DNA of 64,000 nucleotides from Patescibacteria group bacterium (GTDB lineage Bacteria; Patescibacteriota; Patescibacteriia; Patescibacteriales; GWC2-42-12), in assembly GCA_028703305.1 (NCBI GenBank), contig JAQVNC010000001.1:56791-120790 (forward strand), in the 5' to 3' direction. The position numbers and the translations under genes were made by a program. Positions 1 to 9,149 of this stretch are shown here, piece after piece. A model generated the notes under the pieces. That model was not told the DNA's origin. It saw only the letters and a list, made by a program, of their open reading frames with translations, and did no database searches. Positions within the stretch are counted from its first letter, which is position 1. Each line of letters opens with the position of its first letter.

Positions 1-593
1 TGATTTTACTGCCATTATCCAAGCAATCTATAAAATCGCAAAAATCTTTGCAGGAATTACAGCCGAAAATAGATGAAATCAAGAAAAAATTCGCGGATAA
101 TAAAGAAGAGCAAGGCCGGGCCATGATGCAACTATACAAAGAAGAAAAAGTTAATCCATTTTCTTCTTGTTTGCCCTTATTAATCCAATTGCCCTTTTTA
201 TGGGCGGTTTTTATGGTTTTTAGAGCCGGGCTGAGCGGCCAATCGCTTAATCTGGTCTACTCTTTTATTTATCGGCCGGAATTTATTAATACCATGTCTT
301 TAGGCTTTATTGATTTGGCAAAGTCTAATATAATTTTGGCTGTTTTAGCCGGTTTGGCCCAATTTTGGCAGGCGAAAATGATGATTACCAAGCGGCCGGA
401 AGTTCGCGGCAACGGGGCTAAAGATGAAGATATGATGGCAATTATGAATAAGCAGATGCTTTATATCATGCCGGCCTTAACCGTTTTTATCGGCCTGTCT
501 TTCCCGGGCGGCCTAGCGCTTTATTGGCTGATTACCACTCTTTTAACCGCCCTGCAACAGCTGTATCTGTTTAAGCAGAAAGAGAAAATATAA
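1..593 (+). CDS. yidC: Membrane protein insertase YidC, C-terminal part; the reading frame is open to the window start, so the CDS is 5'-truncated
   Basis: Translation (…LLPLSKQSIKSQKSLQELQPKIDEIKKKF…, C-terminal TM helices) matches the YidC/Oxa1 conserved region; there is no stop between nt 3 and 47. Confidence 0.85.
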   Translation, partial: ILLPLSKQSIKSQKSLQELQPKIDEIKKKFADNKEEQGRAMMQLYKEEKVNPFSSCLPLLIQLPFLWAVFMVFRAGLSGQSLNLVYSFIYRPEFINTMSLGFIDLAKSNIILAVLAGLAQFWQAKMMITKRPEVRGNGAKDEDMMAIMNKQMLYIMPALTVFIGLSFPGGLALYWLITTLLTALQQLYLFKQKEKI

Positions 594-613
594 AAAATTT
601 AAGATATAAAAAA

Positions 614-643
614 TAGCTCCTTGTAGTAAGGGGCTATTTTTTA
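614..643 (+). terminator. Rho-independent terminator downstream of yidC
   Basis: Hairpin atagctcctt/aaggggctat followed by a T-run. Confidence 0.55.
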
Positions 644-1070
644 TATAAAACAGTTTATTTTCCGCTCCGCTCGGGACCGCTTTTTTAATAAAGCGGTGCA
701 AAAATCGCGAGCTGGAGAAAATTTAGGGAATTTTTAGGCTACGCTCGGGATAATTTATAACTCGCCTAGACGGCTCAAACATATAAATTATCTAATCTCG
801 CTTTCGCCTAAAAATTCCACTAAATTTTCTAGGCTCGCCTTTAAAATACAATTAAAAATCACCCGGGGGTTCGGGGGTTGGAGTTGGCGCCAAGGCTTAC
901 AGAGATTAGATAAATCTACGTGATAGCCAATCGGAAACCCCCCGAGACTTTTTGCTTACTTTTTAGTCATAAAAAGTAAGTCCTAGCGAAGCGTCACGAA
1001 TGCCTATCAGTTTAAAAAAGTTTGCTATATAAAAACAACCCCTATTTTAGAAGTTGTTTTTATGTTTATT

Positions 1071-1823
1071 TTAAAATTTTCTATTTTTCCCTATGATCAC
1101 GTTTAAATGTTTTTTAATAACCGTAATTTCGGCCGGCGCGCTTAACGGAATGGAACCGTCTAAAAGCAATTGATGCTTTAAATTATGAATTATAATTTTT
1201 TTAATTTTAAAAATTGATAAATGATGGTTTTGCTTGGCAAAAAATTTTTTATTGCCGCTGGTATTAATGACTAATTCTAAAAGCCCGTCGTCGGGCATAA
1301 ATTTTACTTTGGGCGGCAGCTTGATTTGTTCACCGATTAAATTAAAAATATAAATTAAGCCCTTTTCCGCGGTTTCAATAGTATAATTTTTATTCATGTC
1401 AATCACAGTGCCTTGATTATCAATGCTAATGTTAGATAAAAAATACGTTTGATTGGCTAAGCCCAAATCAAGCTTGGTTAGCAGTCTGGCTGATAAAATA
1501 TCACAAGCCTCTTCAATTGATTTAATGCCTAAGCTGGCGGCGATATCATTATTGTCTTCGCCGATCGGGATAATACCTAAAGGGACTTGGCTGCCGGCCA
1601 AAGAGTTCACAATTTGATTGATGGTTTTATTGTTGCCGACCGCGATAATGGTTTTTGCCCCCCTTCTAAGCTCATTGTCAATGGTCTCCGGAATATTTCT
1701 GGTTGGACTAAGCCTGGAGATTTTGCCGTTTAATCCTAAATCGGTGATTCTGGTCTCAATGCGCGCCAGCAAACGATCGTATTTTTTTTGATTCAAGAAA
1801 GAATCATAAATAAAAATGTTCAT
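1071..1823 (-). CDS. Diacylglycerol/lipid kinase catalytic-domain protein (YegS/DagK family)
   Basis: N-terminal MNIFIYDSFLNQKK…RGAKTIIAVGNNKTINQIVNSLAGSQVPLGIIPIGEDNNDIAASLGI matches the DAGK_cat signature. Confidence 0.75.
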   Translation of the reverse strand: MNIFIYDSFLNQKKYDRLLARIETRITDLGLNGKISRLSPTRNIPETIDNELRRGAKTIIAVGNNKTINQIVNSLAGSQVPLGIIPIGEDNNDIAASLGIKSIEEACDILSARLLTKLDLGLANQTYFLSNISIDNQGTVIDMNKNYTIETAEKGLIYIFNLIGEQIKLPPKVKFMPDDGLLELVINTSGNKKFFAKQNHHLSIFKIKKIIIHNLKHQLLLDGSIPLSAPAEITVIKKHLNVIIGKNRKF

Positions 1824-1853
1824 GGTAAAAAAATTATACCAAATTACTTGAGT

Positions 1854-2243
1854 TTATTTTTCTTTATTGTTTATTTTTTTTATTTCTTCAAGTCCGGTTG
1901 CCATAAGGCAGTTGCCGTTAAAAACAGCGCCGCGTTCAATTGATAAGCCGGAGGTTTCAATATCGCCGGAGATTTTGGCTGTTGCCGTAATTTCAAGAAA
2001 GCCTTTGATTTTTACATTGCCGGCAACCTGGCCGCCGATTTTTGCTTCTTTAGCTTCTACATTGGCGGTTATTTTGGCAGTCTTGCCCACTTCCAAATTG
2101 CCATTGGTTTTTAAACTGCCGTCAACCATGCCTTCCACGATAATATTGCCTTGGCCGTTAAAATCACCCTTAACCTTTACTGACGGTCCGATAACGGTTT
2201 CAAAATCATTAAAAACTTCTCCTTGGTCTTGTTTGTTGAACAT
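1854..2243 (-). CDS. Bactofilin (CcmA-like polymer-forming cytoskeletal protein)
   Basis: Repetitive beta-helical GDxxG/NVxAKEAKIGGQVAGNVKIKG pattern typical of the bactofilin domain. Confidence 0.8.
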   Translation of the reverse strand: MFNKQDQGEVFNDFETVIGPSVKVKGDFNGQGNIIVEGMVDGSLKTNGNLEVGKTAKITANVEAKEAKIGGQVAGNVKIKGFLEITATAKISGDIETSGLSIERGAVFNGNCLMATGLEEIKKINNKEK

Positions 2244-2482
2244 AAAGTGTATGTAAATTATAAGTTATTAAATAGACCGGTTTTATTAAATTAACTATAC
2301 TAATTCTAGGCAAGTCTGGCCGGTTTGTCAAAATAAAATATTTAAGTTATTATGATAAGAGTAAAATAGAACGCCGATAGCTGGTGTTATTTTTTTAGTG
2401 ATATATTATAATAAGTCCTGGGGGCAGCTTTAAAGCTTAGGAGAAAGCTGTCTATAGGGTTAAATAGTCCCGATTACTTACC

Positions 2483-2554
2483 GCCCTCGTAGTTCAATGG
2501 ATAGAACAAGGGACTCCTAAGCCCTAGATAGAGGTTCGATTCCTCTCGAGGGCA
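2483..2554 (+). tRNA. tRNA-Arg (anticodon CCT)
   Basis: Manual cloverleaf: acceptor gccctcg/cgagggc, D arm gttc/gaac, anticodon loop cuCCUaa, T arm agagg-ttcgatt-cctct; there is one A:G mismatch at the base of the anticodon stem. Confidence 0.7.
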
Positions 2555-2673
2555 CATTGTTTGAAATTTTAGCTAAAATTAGCATAAATATAGATATTTT
2601 GGCTAATATTAGTAGTTTTATAAAATTATTTTGCTAATATTAAAGTAAATATGTAATTATAATTTAATATTAT

Positions 2674-2746
2674 GGGCCATTAGCTCAGCTGGTAGAGCGC
2701 TTCCATGGCATGGAAGAGGTCAAGGGTTCAAGTCCCTTATGGTCCA
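2674..2746 (+). tRNA. tRNA-Ala (anticodon GGC)
   Basis: Cloverleaf gggccat…atggtcc with a G3:U70 wobble (the Ala identity element), anticodon loop atGGCat, T arm aggg-ttcaagt-ccct. Confidence 0.85.
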
Positions 2747-2793
2747 CTAACATTGAACGATTTTTCGTTCTATCAAAAACTCTACTTAAATAT

Positions 2794-3108
2794 ATGATAT
2801 TTAATAAAGATAATTTTAAGACAGAGGTTGAAGGCTTTGCCGGCCTAGTATTGGTTGATTTTTTCGCTCCATGGTGCGGCCCATGCCAAATGATGTCACC
2901 ACTAATAGATGAGCTAATTGCGGAGAATAAAGATAAAGATATTAAAATTGGAAAACTTGATATAGATGAAAGCCCGGAGATCGCTATTCAATATGGTATT
3001 ATGGGTGTCCCGACTTTTATAGTTTTTAAAAATGGCAAAGCAGTAGATAAAAAAACAAATTATTGCGACAAGGAAGAATTGAAACAACTAATCGCCAAAA
3101 ATAAATAG
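2794..3108 (+). CDS. trxA: Thioredoxin
   Basis: WCGPC active site with a thioredoxin fold; the ORF-track start at 2710 overlaps tRNA-Ala, so the internal ATG at 2794 (MIFNKDNF…) was chosen. Confidence 0.85.
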   Translation: MIFNKDNFKTEVEGFAGLVLVDFFAPWCGPCQMMSPLIDELIAENKDKDIKIGKLDIDESPEIAIQYGIMGVPTFIVFKNGKAVDKKTNYCDKEELKQLIAKNK

Positions 3109-3117
3109 TATATAATT

Positions 3118-3143
3118 TTAAGTCCACAAATTTGTGGACTTAA
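3118..3143. promoter_or_regulatory. Perfect 26-bp palindrome (copy 1) followed by a T-run; candidate trxA terminator and/or operator
   Basis: ttaagtccacaaatttgtggacttaa then tttttt. Confidence 0.5.
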
Positions 3144-3163
3144 GTTTTTTATAGCTAACGGGG

Positions 3164-3189
3164 ATAAGTCCACAAATTTGTGGACTTAA
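3164..3189. promoter_or_regulatory. Second identical palindrome (taagtccacaaatttgtggactta) 46 bp downstream of copy 1, upstream of trxB
   Basis: Exact repeat of the copy-1 palindrome core, with no T-run after it. Confidence 0.45.
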
Positions 3190-3275
3190 GTTTAATGAGA
3201 TAGCTAATATTAGCTAAATTTAATTAAGTGGATAAGTTGGGGGTAAATATTAATAATTTGTTAATTTTTAAATAT

Positions 3276-4193
3276 ATGTTTGATACAATAATCATTGGCG
3301 CCGGTCCGACAGGGATGTCGGCAGCTATATATGCCGCCAGAAGAATGATGAAAACATTGGTAATCTCTAAAAATATAGGCGGCCAGGTTATCTGGGCTTC
3401 TGATATAAAAAATTATCCTGGCATAGAGTTTATTAAAGGCTTTGATTTGATAACTAAAATGAGCCGACAGGTGAAAGATCTTGGGGTTGAGATTAAAGCT
3501 GATGAAGTAAAAAAGATCAGCAAAAATAGTGATAATAGCTTTTTAATTGAAGGCAATAAGGCCAGTTATACGGCTAAAACAATAATTATTGCCATGGGGC
3601 TGGCGCCCAGACAGCTTAATTTGGACAAAGAAAATGAGTTAACCGGCAGGGGAATAAGCTACTGCGCCAATTGTGATGGACCATTGTTCAAGGGTAAAAC
3701 TGTGGCTGTGGCTGGGGGCGGCAACGCGGCCTTGGACGCGGCTGAAGTTATGTCTAAAATTGCCAACAAGGTTTATTTGATTTATCGCAAGCCGCAACTA
3801 AAAGCTTTTGAAAGCTTGGTTTCAGCAGTTAAAGATAAAAGTAATGTGGAGATAATTTTAAGCAGTGAAATTTGCCAGATAATTGGCAGTGAAAAATTGG
3901 AAAAATTGAAAATAATTTCTAATATTAGCCAAGAATCAAGAGAATTAGCTGTGGATGGGCTGTTTGTTGAAATTGGCCATCAACCCAAAACAGAGGTGTT
4001 GGAAGGATTAGTGGAAAGAGATAGTTTAGGGCAGGTTGTTGTGGACTTAAGTGGTAAAACCAGCTGTGATGGAGTTTTCGCGGCCGGCGATGTTACTCAA
4101 AGCGAATTTAAGCAGATTGTTATAGGCTGCGGCCAAGGCGCGGTAGCCGCGTTGTCGGCTTATCAATACTTGCAGACAAGCAAACAAAGTTAA
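3276..4193 (+). CDS. trxB: Thioredoxin-disulfide reductase
   Basis: GAGPTG FAD motif, redox CANCDG, GGGNAA NADPH motif, C-terminal GVFAAGDV; an alternative GTG start lies at 3228. Confidence 0.85.
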   Translation: MFDTIIIGAGPTGMSAAIYAARRMMKTLVISKNIGGQVIWASDIKNYPGIEFIKGFDLITKMSRQVKDLGVEIKADEVKKISKNSDNSFLIEGNKASYTAKTIIIAMGLAPRQLNLDKENELTGRGISYCANCDGPLFKGKTVAVAGGGNAALDAAEVMSKIANKVYLIYRKPQLKAFESLVSAVKDKSNVEIILSSEICQIIGSEKLEKLKIISNISQESRELAVDGLFVEIGHQPKTEVLEGLVERDSLGQVVVDLSGKTSCDGVFAAGDVTQSEFKQIVIGCGQGAVAALSAYQYLQTSKQS

Positions 4194-4211
4194 GATAGAA
4201 ATTGCAGATGA

Positions 4212-4318
4212 AGATTGGGCTAAATTTATAAAATTTTCTACTGCGGAACTCGCCCCAACTTAGCGTCGGGGCTCAAACAGTCCTCGCACGAAAATTTTAC
4301 AAGATTTAGCCCAATCTT
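4212..4318 (+). repeat. About 107-nt long-hairpin palindromic element (copy 1; second copy at 9150..9249), possibly a structured RNA
   Basis: Arms gattgggctaaatttataaaatttt…aaaattttacaagatttagcccaatc with a central GC hairpin cccc…gggg; the copy at 9150 has compensatory changes in both outer and central stems. Confidence 0.6.
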
Positions 4319-4328
4319 ATTGCATTAT

Positions 4329-4937
4329 ATGCTAGATTTAACAGAAGAGAAAAAATTATTTTCTCAAGGCTATAAGATAATAGGCGCTTTAGATGAGGCT
4401 GGGCGCGGGCCTTTAGCCGGGCCGGTAGTGGCCGCCTGCGTTATTTTTAATGCTAATATTAGCATAAATAACGACTTAATCAAAGTTAATGACTCAAAAA
4501 AATTAAGCGAAAAAACCAGAGAGGATTTATTTGAGTTAATTAGAAAAAATTTTCTTGAAGTTGGCGTAGGTATATGCGACCATAAAACCATAGACAGAAT
4601 TAATATATTGCAAGCCACGTTTTTGGCCATGAAGAAGGCGATTAGCTCTGTAAAAATCAAGCCGGATTTTATTATAATTGACGGGTCAGCCAACTTACCT
4701 AATTATTCAACTCCGCAGCAAGCTTATATTAAAGGCGATGAAAGGCTTTTTACTGTCGCCGCGGCTTCAATTATCGCCAAAGTGACCAGAGACAGAATAA
4801 TGCGAGAAATGGATAAATTATATCCGGACTACGGTTTTAGCCGGCATAAAGGCTATGGCACTAAATTTCATCTGGAAAAATTAAGGCAATACGGCCCGTG
4901 CGCGATTCACCGTTTAAGTTTTAATAAGGTTAAATAA
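4329..4937 (+). CDS. rnhB: Ribonuclease HII
   Basis: GxDEAGRGPLAGPVVAA active-site region and RNase HII fold; a TTG alternative start lies at 4320. Confidence 0.85.
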   Translation: MLDLTEEKKLFSQGYKIIGALDEAGRGPLAGPVVAACVIFNANISINNDLIKVNDSKKLSEKTREDLFELIRKNFLEVGVGICDHKTIDRINILQATFLAMKKAISSVKIKPDFIIIDGSANLPNYSTPQQAYIKGDERLFTVAAASIIAKVTRDRIMREMDKLYPDYGFSRHKGYGTKFHLEKLRQYGPCAIHRLSFNKVK

Positions 4938-5017
4938 CGGATAGTATTTTAAAGCTTGTTTAAAAACAAAAATTATTTTATAATGAAAGATATAATCAGG
5001 AAATAATAATTTTTTAT

Positions 5018-5572
5018 ATGCCAGTATCAACAGGAGGCAACACGTTAATTGATGTTAATTTGCTTTTTAGCAAAGCTCAAATTGAAGAAAAAATGAAAGT
5101 CGCCGATTTAGGCTGCGGTTCTTCCGGTCATTTTGTTTTTCCCGCGGCTAAGTTAATCGGCAAAAAAGGAACTATGTACGCGGTTGATATTTTAAGAACT
5201 TCCTTGGAAACGATTAGCAAACGTGCTCGTGTTGAAAATTTGGCTAACATTAAAACAATTTGGAGTAATCTGGAAATATTCGGCGCTACTAAAATTGAAG
5301 CCGGCAGCTTGGACGTTGGCTTGTTAATCAATACTTTGTATCAATCTCATAAGCGAGCTGAAATTTTAAGAGAATCAATCAGGTTGTTGAAAAAAAATGG
5401 CAGGTTGGTTATTGTTGAATGGAAAAACGTTGCCGCGCCGTTCGGCCCGCCGGCGGAAGAAAGAGTAAAAAAAGCATTGGTTGATAACGCGGCTAAAAAA
5501 CTCGGGCTAAGGCCGGAGGATGAATTTGAAGCCGGGCCTTATCATTACGGGCTGATTTACGTAAAGTCATAA
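5018..5572 (+). CDS. Class I SAM-dependent methyltransferase
   Basis: DLGCGSSG motif I and Rossmann-like downstream motifs. Confidence 0.6.
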   Translation: MPVSTGGNTLIDVNLLFSKAQIEEKMKVADLGCGSSGHFVFPAAKLIGKKGTMYAVDILRTSLETISKRARVENLANIKTIWSNLEIFGATKIEAGSLDVGLLINTLYQSHKRAEILRESIRLLKKNGRLVIVEWKNVAAPFGPPAEERVKKALVDNAAKKLGLRPEDEFEAGPYHYGLIYVKS

Positions 5573-5589
5573 AAATTAATTTATTCATT

Positions 5590-5979
5590 ATGGGAAATTT
5601 TTTAACTTGGAATTTTTGGTTTAGCGCCAGGCCTGGCGCATTTACCGACCTTTCTCTTAAAATGGTTTTGGGCTTTATTTTTTTATTGATTATTTTGTCC
5701 ATTGCCAGCGGGGTTATTAAAAAAAGATGGCTTAAAAGTTTATATTTTTCTTTTTGGAGCGGTTTATACACTTTTTTTATTACCAATGCCATTATCGGCT
5801 TAGTGCTAACGTTTTTTAATTATGAAATGGTGCCGTTTTTATCCGCCCGGTTTTGGTTTCTGTTTTGGGCTATAGGCATGTTGGTTTGGCTGGTCTTTAT
5901 TTGCAGGCTTGCCATAAAAATACCGGAGAAAAAGGCGCAAATGGAAAAAGAAAAGGAGTTCAAAAAATATATTCCATAG
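5590..5979 (+). CDS. Hypothetical integral membrane protein (4 predicted TM segments)
   Basis: Hydrophobic segments; function unknown. Confidence 0.45.
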   Translation: MGNFLTWNFWFSARPGAFTDLSLKMVLGFIFLLIILSIASGVIKKRWLKSLYFSFWSGLYTFFITNAIIGLVLTFFNYEMVPFLSARFWFLFWAIGMLVWLVFICRLAIKIPEKKAQMEKEKEFKKYIP

Positions 5980-6031
5980 ATTGAAAATGATAATTTAAAT
6001 TTAGGGCTGTTCATCGGCCCTTTTTTGTTAT

Positions 6032-6391
6032 ATGACTCATAATCAAAGAATTGGAGAATTTGGTGAAACCTTAGCCAAAAATTATTTAATTAAACATGGC
6101 TATAAAATTATTGACGCTAATGTTAAATTAAGCTATCAAGAGCTTGATATTATAGCTTCGCGAGACGGCCAAATCGTTTTTGTGGAAGTAAAAACCAGAA
6201 TCAGCCAGTTTTATGGGCCGGCGGAAAATGCTTTTCAGTTTACTAAGCTTGAAAGATTTAGGCGGGGCATGGAAATGTATATTGGCAATAAAAATTTATA
6301 TGCCGAGGAGGTCAGGGCAGACTTAATTACTGTGGATATTGATCATATTAAAAAAACAGCCAAGATAAAGCATTATAAAGACGTAGTCTAA
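6032..6391 (+). CDS. yraN: YraN family (UPF0102) endonuclease
   Basis: GExGExLA…GYxIxxxNxRxxxGEIDIIA…VFVEVKTR pattern. Confidence 0.8.
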   Translation: MTHNQRIGEFGETLAKNYLIKHGYKIIDANVKLSYQELDIIASRDGQIVFVEVKTRISQFYGPAENAFQFTKLERFRRGMEMYIGNKNLYAEEVRADLITVDIDHIKKTAKIKHYKDVV

Positions 6392-6692
6392 ATTATTTTA
6401 ATGGTTTTTTGCAAAATGCTTTCAGTTTGTGCACTTGTTTATTAACAATTTATCAGCCTTTAATAACATTTTATCAACTCTTGGTGCACTTGACGCTCTT
6501 TAGCTCAGGCAGTTAAACTGAAGTCACCGCTAATATTTTTGTTTAAGTACGCGAGCGGTAATTTTTAAAAATTTTCTTATTAGGGCTAGAAGGACAAGTC
6601 GGCTTAGCTGATTTAATCCCTTTAGCCCTATAATAGAAAAATATTTTTTAGTATTTTAAGCAAGGGGGCTATAATAATAAATTTTCAACACC

Positions 6693-7886
6693 ATGAAAGC
6701 ATTAAAAAGTTTGTTAATTGTTAGCCTCGTTTTATTTTTTTCCGTAATTTTTTCAAATTATGCCTTGGCCGAAGAAACAGCGCCTATTTTAATTTCACCG
6801 GCGCCGTCCGCTGAAGTTAAAGTCGAGATTAAGCCATCACCGGCGCCGACATTAATCGCGCCTAACCAAACAACCATTACCGCTAAAGTAAAGCCGCTGA
6901 TTATCGGCTTAACTAAAAGCGGCAGCTTAGTTAAAATTTTTATTGACGGGGTTTATAACGGCAAGACGGAAATTTTAAACCATGAAAGCGGCACGGCCAA
7001 TTTTTCTTATACGCCATTTTTAAATTTAAGCCGCGGCTGGCACGAAGTTTATGCTATGGCCGAGAATAAAACCGGCGGAGCCAGCAAAAAATCGGCGGTT
7101 TTACGTTTTAATATTGAACTGCCCATGCCGGCGCCGACTATTTTCAAGCCGGTAGTTAATAAAGACACTTCTTCAAACCGGCCTTTTATCGTCGGTTTGG
7201 CGAAAAATGATTCTAAAATTAAAGTTTATATTGATAAAAAGCTAAACGGAGAATTTGAGGTTAAAAATCATCCGAGCGGCATTGCCAATTTTGCTTACAA
7301 GCCGGTTAAGCTATTGGAGCGAGGCAGCCATTTAGTTCACGCCGTGGCTGTAGATAAGCGCGGCAAACAAAGCAGTTGGTCAAATCCGGTTTATTTTTCA
7401 GTTAAGAATTCCGCTATCGCCCAATCAGCCGTTGAAGAAAAAAGTGATACGGTTGCCAGCATCAAAGAACCGGAAGCGACAGTTAAAGTAAATTCCGAAA
7501 CGCCGATTATTTCTAAGAGCTCCGGCGAGGTTGAAAAAAAATCAGATGAACTAACAGAGATTAAAACGGAGGCGGATAAGGCTATTAATAAATTAATCCG
7601 GCAGGATCAGGCCGGTTTGGATGAAATAAAAAGTTTAATTAGAGGCGATAAAGCGGAAAAAACTAGCGCCGGGCAAGGCATGATCAATGAAGGCAAATCA
7701 AACCAAGGGAAATTAAAATTAAGCCTGGTCTTGTTTATTCTCTTTTTGGTCGGCGTGGTGGCTTGGCTGTTATGGGTTAATCGCGAGCTGGTTAAAGAGC
7801 GCCGAGCGCAAAATGAAGCTGAAGAAAAAACCGATAAAGAAAAAGAGGATTTGACAAGCGGCGGACAAAAAGATAAGTTATTATAA
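6693..7886 (+). CDS. Cell-surface protein with a signal peptide, two tandem Ig-like repeats and a C-terminal TM anchor
   Basis: N-terminal signal peptide, an internal duplication (IFIDGVYNGKTEILNHESGTANFSY… / KVYIDKKLNGEFEVKNHPSGIANFAY…), and a C-terminal hydrophobic helix plus charged tail. Confidence 0.6.
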   Translation: MKALKSLLIVSLVLFFSVIFSNYALAEETAPILISPAPSAEVKVEIKPSPAPTLIAPNQTTITAKVKPLIIGLTKSGSLVKIFIDGVYNGKTEILNHESGTANFSYTPFLNLSRGWHEVYAMAENKTGGASKKSAVLRFNIELPMPAPTIFKPVVNKDTSSNRPFIVGLAKNDSKIKVYIDKKLNGEFEVKNHPSGIANFAYKPVKLLERGSHLVHAVAVDKRGKQSSWSNPVYFSVKNSAIAQSAVEEKSDTVASIKEPEATVKVNSETPIISKSSGEVEKKSDELTEIKTEADKAINKLIRQDQAGLDEIKSLIRGDKAEKTSAGQGMINEGKSNQGKLKLSLVLFILFLVGVVAWLLWVNRELVKERRAQNEAEEKTDKEKEDLTSGGQKDKLL

Positions 7887-7948
7887 TCAGACAGTTGTTG
7901 ATTAAGTTAAATATAATAGATGAATTTGTTCCCGGAACGGGCCCCTTC

Positions 7949-7990
7949 TACACCCCTCCCAGTTTAACTGGAGAGGGGTGTTGCCTTTAA
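7949..7990 (+). terminator. GC-rich hairpin terminator after the surface-protein gene
   Basis: acacccctcccag-tttaa-ctggagaggggtgt. Confidence 0.5.
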
Positions 7991-8068
7991 TTAGCGCCTG
8001 CCCGGCTTGACAAAAATAACAGGTATGGTATAATTTAGATAGTTGTCTAAATATCTAAATATTTTTAT

Positions 8069-8335
8069 ATGACTTTAAATATCACCCTGCAAGCTTTATC
8101 CGATCCGACCAGGCGCAAAATTTTAGAAATTTTAAAGAAAAAAGACCTGGCGGCCGGAGAGCTTGGCAAAAATTTTGATATGACTCTGCCCTCGCTGTCG
8201 CACCACTTAAATGTTTTAAAGCAGGCGGATTTAGTAACTAGCCGGCGCCGTGGCCAAGAAATTATTTATTCTTTAAATTTAAGCGTTTTTGAGGAAATCG
8301 CGGAAAAATTAATTAAATTTTTTAAAAAACTTTAA
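8069..8335 (+). CDS. ArsR/SmtB-family HTH transcriptional regulator (SdpR-like by context)
   Basis: LSDPTRRKILEIL…ELGKNFDMTLPSLSHHLNVLKQADLV winged-HTH; it lies upstream of an SdpI-family gene. Confidence 0.8.
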   Translation: MTLNITLQALSDPTRRKILEILKKKDLAAGELGKNFDMTLPSLSHHLNVLKQADLVTSRRRGQEIIYSLNLSVFEEIAEKLIKFFKKL

Positions 8336-8398
8336 AAACCTTTTTAGAAAAGGTTTTCCCTCAAGAGGATAAATAATATTTTCCAAAAATATAATGTA

Positions 8399-8453
8399 TC
8401 AAGTAAGAATTTAATAGCGGGCAAAGCCCTACGGCCATTAAATTCTTACTTGA
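8399..8453. promoter_or_regulatory. Perfect 17-bp inverted repeat with a 21-nt GC loop, immediately downstream of a TATAAT box and upstream of the sdpI-like gene; candidate operator or RNA hairpin
   Basis: tcaagtaagaatttaat-[agcgggcaaagccctacggcc]-attaaattcttacttga. Confidence 0.4.
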
Positions 8454-8463
8454 TGAAAAATCT

Positions 8464-9138
8464 ATGGCTAATCCAATCAAGCCAACAATTAAAACCGAAT
8501 TTATTCCCTTGCTTTTAATAATTTTAACCGCGGCCGCTTCGGTGTTTTTTTATAATAATCTGCCTGAACGCATCGCTACCCATTGGAATTTCGCCGGCCA
8601 GGTTGACGCTTATGGGTCGGGCAAAGCGCAAGCGGTTGCTTTGCCGTCAATGATTATTGGCATGTATTTGCTTTTTTTGGTATTCCCTTATCTGGATCCC
8701 AAAAAAGAGCGATACGAGCAGTTTAGCAAGGTATATCATATTTTTAAGGCCATAATTTTGGGACTTTTGGTTATTGTATATTTTATTGTCGGACTAAACG
8801 GTTTAGGCTATAATTTGCCCGTTGGCGTAATTATACCGTTTCTGATTGGTTTGTTATTCATCATCATCGGCAACTACATGGCTAAGATAAAAATGAATTG
8901 GTTTATGGGCATTCGCACGCCCTGGACGCTGTCTAGCGAAGAAATTTGGAATAAAACCCATCGTTTTGGTGGTAAAATATTTGTCTTGGCCGGCCTATTG
9001 ATGATGGCGGAGACTATTTTGCCATTGAGCTGGAAATTGCCGGTTTTTGTGTTTATGATAGCGGCTTTATTGTTCGGCACTATAGGTTATTCTTATATTA
9101 TTTTTCTTCTGGAAAAAAAGAAAAAAAAATTTAATTAA
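8464..9138 (+). CDS. SdpI/YhfL-family membrane protein (DUF1648 + SdpI immunity domain)
   Basis: IATHWNFAGQVDAYGSG (DUF1648) and NYMAKIKMNWFMGIRTPWTLSSEEIWNKTHRFGGK (SdpI motif), with 5-6 TM helices. Confidence 0.75.
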   Translation: MANPIKPTIKTEFIPLLLIILTAAASVFFYNNLPERIATHWNFAGQVDAYGSGKAQAVALPSMIIGMYLLFLVFPYLDPKKERYEQFSKVYHIFKAIILGLLVIVYFIVGLNGLGYNLPVGVIIPFLIGLLFIIIGNYMAKIKMNWFMGIRTPWTLSSEEIWNKTHRFGGKIFVLAGLLMMAETILPLSWKLPVFVFMIAALLFGTIGYSYIIFLLEKKKKKFN

Positions 9139-9149
9139 AACTACATTAA

